DNA from: an uncultured Alphaproteobacteria bacterium
GTDB lineage: Bacteria; Pseudomonadota; Alphaproteobacteria; Rhizobiales; Beijerinckiaceae
Assembly (NCBI GenBank): GCA_963815815.1
Contig: CAWFIA010000010.1
Coordinates: 354,849-418,848 of the forward strand
DNA: 64,000 nt
Direction: 5' to 3'
Notes under the pieces: model-generated
Seen by the model: the letters and a program-made list of their open reading frames with translations, nothing else
The model's database searches: none
Told to the model about the DNA's origin: nothing
Part shown: piece by piece, positions 32,965 through 44,721 of the stretch
Position numbering within the stretch: the stretch's first letter is position 1
How the letters are laid out: each line of letters starts with the position of its first letter
Program-made: the position numbers and the translations under genes

Positions 32965-34348
32965 TCACTATCGACGAGCTTGAGCAGCGCGATTTGCGAC
33001 CGATGGATGGCGCGGCAATATGCGTCGTCGGCCAAAGCGATGATCGGAGCCGTCTCGGCGGTCGATCTCATCAAGGAGCGGCGCGGCTTCGGCCGGTTCG
33101 TGCGCCCGGCCAAAGGATCGATTCTCGCCTCGCCCGTCATCGCGGCCTATGATCCAGACCCCGATTATTTCTTTCATTGGCAACGCGATTCCGCCGTCAT
33201 CGTCGATGCCTGCGCCGCCTCGTCGCAGGCGGCGAAATCGACAAGGCGCGGGCCTTCGCAATTTCAGGGACTTCCTGTCGTTCAGCCTCAAGCTTCAAGT
33301 TCCTCGACGGCCGCTTGATTCCTCGAAAAGGCGGGCGATTTCCGGGCAAATGTCGAACCGTTTTTTCTGCAATATGTGCGTCCCGACGCGCGAAATTCTC
33401 GCGCATCAAGAGCGATACTGTTCTGGGCGAGCCCAGATTTGACCCGGACGGGTCGATCGACATTCTCAAATGGTCGCGTCCCCAGCACGACGGGCCGGCG
33501 CTGCGCGCCGTCGTCGTTTTGAAGTTTTGTCTCTTCCGTCGCCGCAAACGACCCCGCGGCCCTCGATCTCGCGAAAAGCCTTTTATCGCGCGATCTCGCT
33601 TTCACTTTGAAAAGCTGGCGCGAGGCCCTCCTTCGACATATGGGAGGAGGAATTGGGACGCCATTACTACACGCAGCTTATGCAATGCGAAGCGCTTGCG
33701 GCGGGCGCTTGCTGGCTGGAGCGGGAAGGCGAATCCGGACGCGCCGGCGCCTGTCGCGAGGCGGCGCAGGCGATCGAAGCAGCCCTCGGGGATTTTTGGA
33801 GCGAGGCTGAGGGCTTCTACAAAAGCCGGATCGGCCCCGCCGGCGAAAAAGATCTCGACATTGCGACGCTCCTTGCGGTCCTGCACGCCGGGCGCCGGCG
33901 CGGCGCGCATAGCGTAGAGGATCCGAAAGTCGCCGCTACGGTGACGCGGCTCGAAGAATTGTTCGCCGGTCTTTATAAGATCAATCAACCGCCTCGCAAG
34001 GACCGCGCGCCGGCGCTTGGACGCTACAGGAACGACCGCTATTACAGCGGCGGCGCCTATTATTTTTCGACGCTCGGCGCAGCCGAGTTCTATTTTCGAG
34101 CGGCGGCGAGGCCTCGGCCGCCTCCGGTCACAATGCTGAAATCCTTGCTCCGGCGCGGGGATCTGTTCATGGCGACTGTCGCGGCCTTTACGCCCTCTAA
34201 CGGCGATCTCGCGGAGCAATTCGACCAAACGACCGGCTCGCAGGCGTCAGCGAAAAATCTCGCCTGGAGCCATGCGGCTTTCGTCAGCGCCTTCGCGGCG
34301 CGGGCGGACGCTATGCGCGCGATGGGCGCAAAGGGCGGAGCAGCATGA
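32961..34348 (+). CDS. GH15 glucoamylase-family glycoside hydrolase (indels)
   Basis: PDYFFHWQRDSA, WSRPQHDGPALRA, LGRYRNDRYY, EQFDQTTG...LAWSHAA. Confidence 0.85.
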
Positions 34349-35243
34349 TCGAAAAGCTCGAGTTCCTGTTGGCCTTGGCGCGCGAGCGCAATTTCAGCCG
34401 GGCGGCGGAAAGTTGCGGCGTCACCCAGCCTACCCTTTCAGCCGGAATCAAGCAGCTCGAGGATTCGCTCGGCGTTCTGCTGGTCAATCGCAGTTCGCGC
34501 TTTCACGGACTGACGGCGGACGGCGAGCGCGTCCTAGAATGGGCGAAGCGCATCGTCAGCGACGCGCGCGCAATGCGGCAAGAGATCCGAGCCCCGAAAA
34601 AATCCCTCGTCGGCCATTTGACGATCGCGGCGGTGCCGACCGCCCTTGGCATGGTGCAGCGCCTAACCTCTCCGTTCCGGGAAAAACATCCCGACGTGCG
34701 TTTCACCATCTTATCCCAGACCTCGCGCGAAATCCTATCGATGCTCGATAATCTGCAGATCGACGCCGGGCTGACCTATCTCGAAAACGAACCGCTTGGT
34801 CCAATTCGCGTCGCTGCCGCTCTATTATGAGCGCTACCGACTGCTGACCTCCACGCATCGGCCGCTTGGCGACCGCGCCACCGTGACCTGGAAAGAGGTG
34901 GCAGAGATTCCGCTCTGCCTGCTGACGCCCGACATGCAGAACCGCCGTATCATCGACCGCATGCTGGCGGGCGCCGGGCCTCCGGCGGCGATGCTTGAAA
35001 TCGAATTCCATGGTCGTTCTCGCCGCGCATGTGCGCACCGGCGAGTGGGCGAGCATCATTCCCGAAACATTCGCAGACGTGCTCGGCCTCAGCGAGCCAT
35101 TACGCTCCATCCCGATCGTCGAGCCGCAAGAGATGCAAAGGATTGGACTTGTGCTGCCGCGCCGCGAACCAATGCCGCCGCTATCGCGCGCGCTGCTCGC
35201 GGAAGCAAATCACGTCGCCTTGCAGGATGACCTGGACGCGTGA
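34345..35243 (+). CDS. LysR-family transcriptional regulator (indels)
   Basis: NFSRAAESCGVTQPTLSAGIKQLE HTH; LCLLTPDMQNRRII. Confidence 0.9.
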
Positions 35244-35403
35244 TTAAAGCCCGATGGAAGGCGAAATCTTCTTTGGCTGGCCCTTAATGTTTTAGAGCAT
35301 AAATTGCCTCATTGCTTTGATAAAAGTCTTCATCTTGCCATCACGGAACCTAGTCTAAATTGGTTAGACCGATTGCGCGGCAGCAAATGCAAGGATTTGA
35401 CAC

Positions 35404-36722
35404 GTGTTGGACGAACCGAATTCTACCGACGCCGGCTTAAGGGAGCATTTCCTTCGCGCACGCGTGCTGGCGGAGATTCACGCCCGCCCGTTTGAGCCAA
35501 TGACGGGCTGCAAACGCATCCTGCATTTTGCTTTCATGACCAACCATGAGGAGGCGGAAAAAGCGGCGGCGGCGCTGGCCCAATTCTGCCTGGAGCGCGC
35601 CGCCCCGGCCCCCCTGCAAGGCGCCAAGCATCATCGGGTCGACCTTCCGCCGGTCGTTCTGCGCTGGGAGCGCCACGGCGAATTCGTCACCTACACCTGG
35701 GAGTTCCACAAGAAGTCGGCGCCGGCGCTCATGATGCCGAAAAGACAGCGTTCCGGCCGAATGCGGGCGAACTTGCCAAAGTCATGCGCTTGCTGCCGCA
35801 ACCAGGGCCTCTCATCGTCGCCATCGATCTCGACGTCCTGCCGGAAGCGAGCGTCGGCGACAGCTGGCGCCGCCTTTTCGGGCAAGCCGAATTGGCCGGC
35901 TCCGAAGTCATGCATGGCGCGGCTATCGTCGCCACGGATTTTCACGCCGACGTCTTCGGCTTTGTGCGAATCCTCGTGCTCGATCGCAAACTGACCGAGG
36001 TCGAGGCTGGCGCGCTGGCCCAGCGCTTGCTCGAACTGGAAACCTACCGCACGCTGGCGCTGCTCGGTCTGCCCGCAGCGCAGGATTTGAGCCCGGGCAT
36101 CGGCCGCATCGAGGCGGAACTGCCGCAATTGATCGCCAAGATGCGCGACAGCACAGGCCTTGAGGCGAGCCGGCAGTTGCTCGACCGCCTCAACGCGCTC
36201 GCCGCCGACCTTGAGACGGGCGCCGCACAAAGCCTTTATCGCTTCGGCGCGACAAAGGCTTATTATGACATCGTGAATGTGCGTCTGGATATCATTGGCG
36301 AACGCGGTTTGCCGAATATGCCGACTTTGGGCGCGTTCTTTGCTCGCCGATTGGCGCCAGCAATAAGAACTTGCGCCGCGATTGAAGCGCGCCAGGACAC
36401 ACTTTCACAAAAGCTCGCGCGCGCCGCACAATTACTGCGCACCCGCGTCGAAGTCGAGCTTGAGAGCCAAAATCAGGATTTGCTGCGCAAAATGAACGAG
36501 CGGGTCCGCATGCAGTTGCGCCTGCAGCAAACAGTCGAGGGTCTCTCCGTCGCCGCCATCACCTATTATATCTCGTCGATTCTGCATCTCATCCTCGAAG
36601 GCGTTCACCAGCAAGAGCACGCGCTCAACCCAACGCTCGCGACCGGTATCGCCGTGCCTTTCATTTTGGGTCTCGTCTGGTGGAACGTTCGTCGCCTGCG
36701 CGAGCGCCATCCCGTCGATTGA
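35404..36722 (+). CDS. DUF3422-family membrane-anchored protein (one indel)
   Basis: EIHARPF, LRWERHGEF, QRLLELETYR, QLRLQQTVEGLSVAAITYY. Confidence 0.85.
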
Positions 36723-37051
36723 AGCGTAGCGACGCCCGACGGGGCTGAGCCTAACGCCGATTTTTTTCTAGCGAAGCGGTTCGCCGCGCGCATCAAGAGA
36801 ACATGCCAACACAAAGATAATTCGATGATTTCCGTTTCCGAAAGAATTCGAAATCGCTGTCAGGCGAATTGCGCCCGGACGAGCGATCGGCCTCCTGCTG
36901 GCCGGCAGATAGGTTCGGGCTACGATTGCTTTTTTGGGAGAACTTTCCCTTTAGTCTAACGCGTCCGACACATCCTAAGTTTGGACGCGGCTAGAAAATC
37001 CGGCCTGACTTGTGGTGCCGGCCCTCCGGGCGCAAGGAAAGGGAAGCATCG

Positions 37052-38750
37052 GTGCACCACGCTGTCCCGCTCATCACGACGATCGCCGCAGCTTTTGGGT
37101 GCGCCCTGATCCTCGGCTTCCTCGCCGCCAAGGTAAGGCTGCCGGCGCTGGTCGGCTATCTTCTGGCGGGGATCATCATCGGCCCGTATTCGCCGGGCTT
37201 CACCGCCAATAGCGAGATCGCCGCTCAGCTCGCAGAGATCGGCGTGATGCTTTTGATGTTCGGCGTCGGATTGCATTTTTCGCTCGATCATCTGTGGGAG
37301 GTGCGAAAAGTCGCCCTGCCCGGCGCGCTGCTGCAAATCATCGTCGCGACCGCGCTCGGCGCCAGTCTCGCTCTGATTTGGGGATGGGGGATCGGCGCCG
37401 CTTTGGTATTCGGATTATCGCTCTCCGTCGCCAGCACTGTCGTGCTGTTGAAGGCGTTGGAGACGAGGGGCCAGCTCGAGACGACAAACGGCCGCATTGC
37501 GGTCGGCTGGCTGATCGTCGAGGATCTCGCCATGGTGCTGGTCCTAGTGCTGCTGCCGCCGCTCTCCAGCGTGCTCGGTGGCAAGGCCGCGCCAGCGCTA
37601 GGGCCTGACCTCTATTGGACGATCGGAGTCACGATCGCCAAGATCGCGGCCTTTGTGATCGTGATGCTAGCGCTCGGAAGGCGGGTTTTCCCCTGGCTGC
37701 TCTGGCAGGTCGCCCGCACCGGCTCGCGCGAGCTTTTCGTTCTTTGCGTCGTCGCCGCGTCCGTCAGCCTCGCCTATGCCGCCGCGGAACTGTTCGGCGT
37801 GTCCTTCGCGCTCGGCGCTTTTTTTGCCGGCGTGGTCATCAGCGAAATCCGAATTCAGCCATCGCGCGGCCGAAGAGTCCCTGCCGCTGCGCGACGCCTT
37901 CGCGGTGCTGTTCTTTGTTTCCGTCGGCATGCTGTTCGATCCGTCGGTGGTCGTCAGCGAGCCCTTGCGCGTTCTCGCCGTGGTGGCGATCATTATCATC
38001 GGCAAGTCGCTTGCAGCCGCTGCCTTGGTGTTGCTCTTCCGTTACCCGCTGAATACCGCGCTGACAGTCTCCGCGAGTCTCGCGCAAATTGGCGAATTCT
38101 CTTTCATTCTGGCCGGATTGGGCATGAGCCTCGGCCTATTGCCGCATGAGGGTCAAAACCTGATCCTAGCCGGCGCGCTCATATCCATCACGCTGAATTC
38201 TCTGGTCTTCAAGGCGCTGGACCCAATTCAGCATTGGATTAAGTCGCGATCACAGTTGGCCAGAATGGTCGAGCGGCCGGACGATCCCTTGGCGGAGCTT
38301 CCGATGTCGACCGAGGACAAATATCTCGCCAAGCAAGCTGTTCTCGTAGGCTATGGGCGCGTCGGGCGGCGCATCGGCGCTGACTTGAGCCGGGCAGGCA
38401 TCCCCTTCGTGGTCGTCGATCAGAATCGCGAAAAAGTCGAGCGCTGTCGCGAAGACGGGATACCTGCCGTCTTCGGCAACGCCGCGGACATGGCGGTGTT
38501 GATTCAGGCCCACATCGCCAAAGCCAGGGTCCTTGTGATTGCGACGCCAGACACCCTTGACGTCCGGCAGATGATTAGCATTGCGGGCAAAGTCAATCCG
38601 GCGATCGAGACCGTCCTGCGCTCCCACAACGAAGACGAGGCCGCACTGCTGAGGCAGGAGCCTGCGACGACGGTGTTTCTCGGCGAGCAGGAACTCGCGA
38701 GCGGCATGACGCGCTGGGTTCTCGAACACTTCGGACGTGACAAGTCGTAA
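37052..38750 (+). CDS. ybaL: YbaL-like CPA2 cation:proton antiporter with TrkA-N domain (one indel)
   Basis: LAEIGVMLLMFGVGLHFS, SVASTVVLLKAL, LPLRDAFAVLFF, LVGYGRVG. Confidence 0.88.
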
Positions 38751-38912
38751 CCATCAAATCCCTCAAGCTGCGACGGAGCGTAGCCCCCAGAAAGTGCTTG
38801 TCAGATCGGGTCAAGCGTTGAAACAAATGCAAGCGTTGCAACGAATGGATGGAAGTCGGGTGGGACGCCAATGCGCGGCGCTGACGGCGTCAAGCCCCGG
38901 AGACGCGCCGCT

Positions 38913-39950
38913 ATGTTGCTTGAACTTTTTGCTCTGCCCCTTGCCGCCTTGCTCGGTTTCACCGCCCATCGCGCCGGCATTTGCTCGGTCAAAGCCGTAA
39001 GCGAGGTGATCACCACGCGGCGGGCCCATATGCTCGGCAGTTTCGCCAAAACGGTTCTCTGGATCATGACGGCGATGACGGCTTTCGTCTGGGCGGCGCC
39101 GGAACACATGTTCCCCGCAGGGTTAGCGCCGAGTCCGGCTTCCGTCGCCGTAGCGTTCGCCTTCGGCATGGGAGCCGCCATCAATGGAGGCTGCGCCGTC
39201 TCCACGGTCACCCGGCTCGGTAATGGCGATTTGGGGATGCTGCTGACTATTGCCGCCGTCACCGCGATCCTTGCCGCCATCGACGCCGGCCGGCTCAGTC
39301 TTCCCGCCATGCCCTGGGGCGAACCGCTTCCCCCCTTCGCGCTGCACGGATGGGCGCTCGCCCTGGCCTCCGCCGCGCTCGCGGGGTGGGGCGCGCGGGA
39401 GATCGTCTTGCTGTGGCGGGGACACGACCGAGCCTGTCGGCTGATCGATGGCTTGCTGCATCGGCGCTGGCGATTATCGCTGGCGGCGGCGGTCATAGGC
39501 TTGACCAATGTGGCGATCGTCATAATGGCCGGGCATTGGGCTTACACGGAAACCCTGCGCCAGTCTGTCGGATGGGCGAGCGCGCGCAGGATGCCCCCAT
39601 CGTCGCTCGCAGCAACGTTGTTTTTCGCCCTCATGGCCGGCGTCGTGGCTTCGGCGTGGCTGCGTGGGAGTTTTCGGCTGCGCTGGCGCCCCCATCTGGG
39701 CTGGTTGCGGCATATCGCCGGCGGGGCTCTCATGGGCGTCGGCGTCGCTTTGGTTCCCGGCGGCAATGACGGCTTGTTGCTGGACGCCATCCCGTCTCTG
39801 TCGCCCCATGCGCTGCCCGCATTCGCCGCGCTCCTGTTCGGCATCGCCGCGACGCTGCTGAGTTTGCGCCGGTTCACCCCGGTGCCCCGCATTGACTGCG
39901 GCGGCGACGTTTGCCGCGAAGACGAGCCGTTCAACGCATCAAGGTCGTAG
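38913..39950 (+). CDS. YeeE/YedE-family sulfur-compound transporter-like membrane protein
   Basis: GFTAHRAGICSV, FGMGAAINGGCA, GGALMGVGVALVPGGND. Confidence 0.75.
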   Translation: MLLELFALPLAALLGFTAHRAGICSVKAVSEVITTRRAHMLGSFAKTVLWIMTAMTAFVWAAPEHMFPAGLAPSPASVAVAFAFGMGAAINGGCAVSTVTRLGNGDLGMLLTIAAVTAILAAIDAGRLSLPAMPWGEPLPPFALHGWALALASAALAGWGAREIVLLWRGHDRACRLIDGLLHRRWRLSLAAAVIGLTNVAIVIMAGHWAYTETLRQSVGWASARRMPPSSLAATLFFALMAGVVASAWLRGSFRLRWRPHLGWLRHIAGGALMGVGVALVPGGNDGLLLDAIPSLSPHALPAFAALLFGIAATLLSLRRFTPVPRIDCGGDVCREDEPFNASRS

Positions 39951-40054
39951 CGCTCACGCTCAAAGTTGCGGCGCGCTGGCGCGGAATGTTTTTTTTGCTA
40001 AAGTTCGGCGTTGACGGTTCGCCTTTAGTCGGACCGGCGCAAAGGAGAGCGCGT

Positions 40055-40612
40055 TTGCGGAGCATCGACAACGCCGGTCTCGCAGATCTGATCGCCGCGA
40101 CAGCCGGGGGCGACCGCAGCGCCTTCAGAGCGCTTTACGACCAGACTTCGGCGAAACTTTTCGCGATCATCTTGCGTATCATACGCGACCGATCTTTAGC
40201 AGAAGATGTTCTACAGGACGTTTATCTTAGGGTTTGGCGCAGCGCGGACAGTTACGCGCCAGAGTCGGGTCGGCCTCTTGCTTGGCTTAATTCGATCGCT
40301 CGAAATAGAACGATCGACGTTCTGCGTCAAAAGAGCCTTGCTCAGCCACTTGCGGACGAAAGCGATACGGACTGGTACGAAAAAATCGCCGGGCGGCGCG
40401 ACGCCGAAGCTGATTTGCTGAACATCGCGGTCTTGCGCCGTTGTCTCGGCGAGATCGAGGATCCTATGCGCAGCTGCGTTCTGCTGGCATATTATGAAGG
40501 CTATTCGCGCGATGAGCTTGCAGCCCGCCTCGACAAACCGGTGAACACGATCAAAACCTGGCTGCATCGAAGCCTCATCGCTTTGAAAGCGTGCGTGGAA
40601 GCGTCATCATGA
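40055..40612 (+). CDS. ECF sigma factor (SigK-like)
   Basis: GDRSAFRALYD, AEDVLQDVY, W..IARNRTID, LAYYEGYS..ELA...PVNTIKTW. Confidence 0.92.
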   Translation: MRSIDNAGLADLIAATAGGDRSAFRALYDQTSAKLFAIILRIIRDRSLAEDVLQDVYLRVWRSADSYAPESGRPLAWLNSIARNRTIDVLRQKSLAQPLADESDTDWYEKIAGRRDAEADLLNIAVLRRCLGEIEDPMRSCVLLAYYEGYSRDELAARLDKPVNTIKTWLHRSLIALKACVEASS

Positions 40613-41325
40613 CCGAGGAAAGCGAAATCGCGGCTGCGGAATATGTGCTTGGCACATTGCATGCCGATGAGCGCACGCTGTTCGCCACCGCGCTCGCGAA
40701 TGACGCCGAAGCGAGATCGGCCGTCGCCGCCTGGGAGAGACGGCTTGCGCCGCTCAGCGTCGCCGTCGATGAGGTCGCGCCGCCATCGAGGGTCTGGGAG
40801 CGGATCGAAAGCGGGTTGCCCGCTCCGCTCCCGTTCGGCGTTATCGAAGTCGGCGCGCCGAGCGGCGCCGACAGTTCCGTGGCGATGCGCCGCTCGCTGC
40901 AACGTTGGCGCGCCGCTGCAATCGCGGCAAGCGCCTTGGCGGCTGGCTTCGCCATCTTTGTCGTGGATCGCGAATTGATCCGGCATCCTATGGTCCAGCC
41001 CAGCTACGTCGCCGTGGTCAACCGCGGCGGCGCCCAGCCTGCCCTCATCGTCCGCGTCGATCTTTCGAATGGAACCGTCTATGTTCGGCCCGTCGCAGCT
41101 GAGGCGCCATCGGGAAAGAGCCTTGAGCTCTGGTATATCGAGGCGGGCAAGCCTCCCAAGTCGATGGGCGTCGTTAGCGGCGACAATGCATTCAAAATGC
41201 CGCTTCCAGCTGGACTCTCATTGGAAAAAGCGACCTTCGCCGTCACTGTCGAGCCGAAAGGCGGTTCGCCGACCGGCGACCCGACCGGCCCCGTCGTTTA
41301 TTCTGGGCAGCTCGTCAAAGAGTGA
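40609..41325 (+). CDS. Anti-sigma factor (RskA-like)
   Basis: AAEYVLGTL, single TM, SLELWYI, FAVTVEPKGGSPTGDPTGPVV; ATGA overlap with the sigma gene. Confidence 0.9.
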   Translation: MTEESEIAAAEYVLGTLHADERTLFATALANDAEARSAVAAWERRLAPLSVAVDEVAPPSRVWERIESGLPAPLPFGVIEVGAPSGADSSVAMRRSLQRWRAAAIAASALAAGFAIFVVDRELIRHPMVQPSYVAVVNRGGAQPALIVRVDLSNGTVYVRPVAAEAPSGKSLELWYIEAGKPPKSMGVVSGDNAFKMPLPAGLSLEKATFAVTVEPKGGSPTGDPTGPVVYSGQLVKE

Positions 41326-41357
41326 AACTTTTTTCCAATCAATTCGCCGATCGTAAG

Positions 41358-42298
41358 ATGGGTTGGGCCGCTGGCGTCGGGCTCTGGCGCGCGACGTTGC
41401 GCGCGTGCGCGCCTGCGGCCTTGATCGCCGTCTTCGTCTGCTTTCCGCCTTGCCCCGGCGGCGCACAGGAGGCGGCGGCCAATCCGACGAGCTCGAAACC
41501 AAGAACATCTTCGGTTTCACTTCAGGCACGGACATCGGGCCGGAACACGATCGCGAAGTCGAACTCGAAACGAACCTCGCCTTCGGCAAGCGCAATGGCG
41601 TCTATAACCTCGGCGATCAGAGAGCGACGCTTGAATATAATCCGACCGCATGGCTAGAGGTGGATATTGGCGCGCGCGCCACCTTCGACGACATCAAGGG
41701 CGGCGGCGGGCTTGAGGATCGGACGGGCGCGAATTTCGGTGGCGTCCATTCGAAATTCAGCTTTGTCTTGATTCACAGGGCGGCGGCGACCCCAGTGGGA
41801 CTGACCATTTTCGTCGAGCCGGAATGGTCCCGCATCGATGACGAAGGCCACACCGATGTGGCGTTTTCGGCCGAGACGCGGATCATCATCGATACGGAAC
41901 TCGTCCCCGGAACGCTGTACGCGGCGCTGAATGGGATCTACCAGCCCCAGGAAGCGCGCGATCTCGCGACAACAGCGCTGATGCGGTCCGATGTGGCGGG
42001 GGTCGCCGGAGCGCTTTCCTATCGGCTTGATCCGGAGCTTACTCTCGGCGCGAAGCAGGTCACGCTGGGCGCCGAACTCGAATATTTCCGTTCGTTCGGC
42101 GGCCTTGGCCTCTCGGGATTTAATGGCGACGCGCTAAGCTTTGGGCCGACATTCTATGTGCATATCAACGATACGCTCTTTGTCGCTGGCGCTGTTTCTA
42201 CTCAAATCACCGGCAAAGCCGTCGGGGATCCGAATCTGCTCGATCTCATCCATTTCTCGCGCAACAAAGCCCAGCTGACCGTGGGGATAGATTTTTGA
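41358..42298 (+). CDS. Hypothetical exported/outer-membrane beta-barrel-like protein (one indel)
   Basis: Signal-like N-terminus, ETKNIFGFTSGTDIG, amphipathic strands, C-terminal Phe (VGIDF). Confidence 0.6.
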
Positions 42299-42340
42299 AT
42301 TTGCGCGGAATCGTTCAGGTTGGCTAGAACTCGGACCGAC

Positions 42341-43916
42341 ATGCCCGAACCAGCCCCGACCAACGCCCCGGAACTGACGGTTTCGGAACTTTCGAACGCT
42401 TTGAAGCGCACGATCGAGGATCGCTTCGGTTTCGTTCGGCTAAGGGGCGAAATTTCCAATTATCGCGGGCCGCATTCGTCGGGCCACGCCTATTTCTGTC
42501 TCAAGGATGCGTCTGCGCGCATCGACGCGGTGATCTGGAAAAGCCTGTTTTCACGCCTGCGCGTCAAACCCGAGGAAGGCCTCGAGGTTATCGCGACCGG
42601 CAAGATCACCACTTTTCCCGGCAAATCCAGCTATCAAATCATCGTTGAGGCGATCGAGCCGGCCGGCGTCGGCGCGCTGATGGCGCTCTTCGAGGAGCGC
42701 CGCCGCAAGCTCGCCGCCGAAGGTCTCTTCGATGAAGCGCGCAAGCGCCCGCTGCCGTTCCTCCCGCTTCGGGTCGGCGTCGTCACCTCGCCGACCGGCG
42801 CCGTCATCCGCGATATATTGCATCGCATCGGCGAGCGTTTTCCGCGCCATGTGCTGGTTTGGCCCGTTCGGGTCCAGGGCGAGACCTCGGCCGCCGAGGT
42901 CGCTGCCGCCATCGCCGGCTTCAACGCGCTCCCGCAAAATGGCCTCTTAGCGCGACCCGATGTGATCATCGTCGCTCGGGGCGGCGGCTCGCTCGAAGAT
43001 CTTTGGAGTTTCAACGAGGAGATCGTGGCGCGCGCTGCGGCGGCGAGCCTCGTCCCGCTGATCTCGGCGGTTGGCCATGAGACGGACTGGACGCTGATCG
43101 ATCACGTCGCCGACTTGCGCGCTCCGACGCCGACCGGCGCCGCCGAGAAGGCGGTGCCCGTGCGCCTCGAGCTGCTTGCCGAGCTTGCCGATCTCGCCCG
43201 CCGCCATGCGGCAGCGATGCTGCGCCTGATCGACCGCCGTCGCAGCGAATTGCGCGCTGTCTTGCGAGTTCTGCCGCAGCCGGACGCCCTTCTCGCCCTG
43301 CCCCGCCAAAACCTCGACAGGGCGGCGCGGCGCTTTTCAAACGCCATTCTCCGCGCGCAAGATCGCCGCCGCATCGCTGTAGCCAGAACTCGCGCAGAGG
43401 CTTTCGCGGCAGTCGCCGCAAGCGCGTTTGGGACGCGCCAGCGAGCGCCTCGCCGCGCTCGACCGGAGAATCGATCGTGCTCTCTCTACGGCGGCCGAGC
43501 GGCGCGCCGAGAAGCTGAGAAGCCTTGCGGAGCGTCTCGTCAACGCAAGGCTGGCGCGCGGAAAAATCGAGCGCGAACGCGCCGCCGCGGCGCGCCATCG
43601 CCTCGACGTTCTCAGAGCGCGCATGACGCATGCCGTTCGTGGAAGGATCGCAGCAAGGCGAGCGGATCTGAAAAGCCTTGACCAGCTGCTCGTCAGCCTT
43701 GGCTACAAAAACGTTCTTGCGCGCGGCTTCGCTCTCGTGCGCGACGCCGATAACAGACCTTTGCGGCTGGCGGCCGAAATCGCGGACGGCGCGCGGCTCG
43801 ACATAGAATTCGGCGATGGCCACAAGAGCGCCATCGCAGGCTCGCAGCAGCCTTCGGGGAAAAAGCCTTCGACCCAAACAGCCCGGAAGGAACGTGCACA
43901 AGGGACGCTGTTTTGA
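42341..43916 (+). CDS. xseA: Exodeoxyribonuclease VII large subunit (one indel)
   Basis: [56 protein letters not shown]. Confidence 0.95.
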
Positions 43917-44089
43917 CAAAGGAAGCGCCGCAGGCGCGTGGTTATCGCGGCCAGCCTAGCTCTTTTTCTTTGTCGGCGATGTTGACCAGGATCAATCCGG
44001 CTCCCCAACGGACGCCTATATATTGTCGTGGTCGCCAGCTGATGCTTCTGGCGGCCATCTTCACTGAAGAGCATGAATGGAGTGATTCA

Positions 44090-44602
44090 ATGCCTCTTTT
44101 GCCAAGCCTGAGGTCAAGAAACCTAGGTCCCGTCGACCCCTTCACGGCGTTGCGGCGCGAATTGGATTCCTTCTTCGCCGACTATAACAAGGGCCTGCCG
44201 AGCCTCACCGAGGTCGGCGCGCAAATTCCCGCGCTGAACATCGCCGAGACCAAGGACGCGATTGAAATATCGACCGAATTGCCGGGCGTCGACGAGAAAC
44301 ACATCAACGTCAGCCTGGACGGCAACCGGCTCGTCATTTCCGGCGAGAAGAACGAGGAAAGCGATCGCGACGAAAAGGAATGGCACATTCGCGAGCGCAG
44401 CTATGGCGCATTCCATCGCGCAATCGCCCTGCCGTTCGAACCAAGCGACGCAGCGGTGACAGCCAATTTCGACAAAGGCGTCCTGCATCTCAAAGTTGCA
44501 AAGCCCGTCGAAGTCGAAAAAGCCAAGAAAACAATCGAAATCAAGGCAGGGCCGCCGCAGAGCGCGCCTAACAAAGAGAGCGCGCCCAGCAAAGCCGCCT
44601 GA
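44090..44602 (+). CDS. Hsp20/alpha-crystallin small heat-shock protein
   Basis: PALNIAET, ELPGV, ERSYGAFHRAIALP, ANFDKGVL. Confidence 0.92.
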   Translation: MPLLPSLRSRNLGPVDPFTALRRELDSFFADYNKGLPSLTEVGAQIPALNIAETKDAIEISTELPGVDEKHINVSLDGNRLVISGEKNEESDRDEKEWHIRERSYGAFHRAIALPFEPSDAAVTANFDKGVLHLKVAKPVEVEKAKKTIEIKAGPPQSAPNKESAPSKAA

Positions 44603-44653
44603 CGGATTCCGGATAAATGAAGTCCTGGAGCATGATGAGCTTCATTATGCTCC

Positions 44654-44687
44654 TTTATTGTCTCAAGGGATTTATTGTCTCAAGGGA
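44654..44687. repeat. Perfect 17-bp tandem duplication
   Basis: tttattgtctcaaggga x2 between convergent hsp20 and murI. Confidence 0.9.
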
Positions 44688-44721
44688 GCCCGCTCGCCGT
44701 AGGCGTCGACGCCAGGATTTT

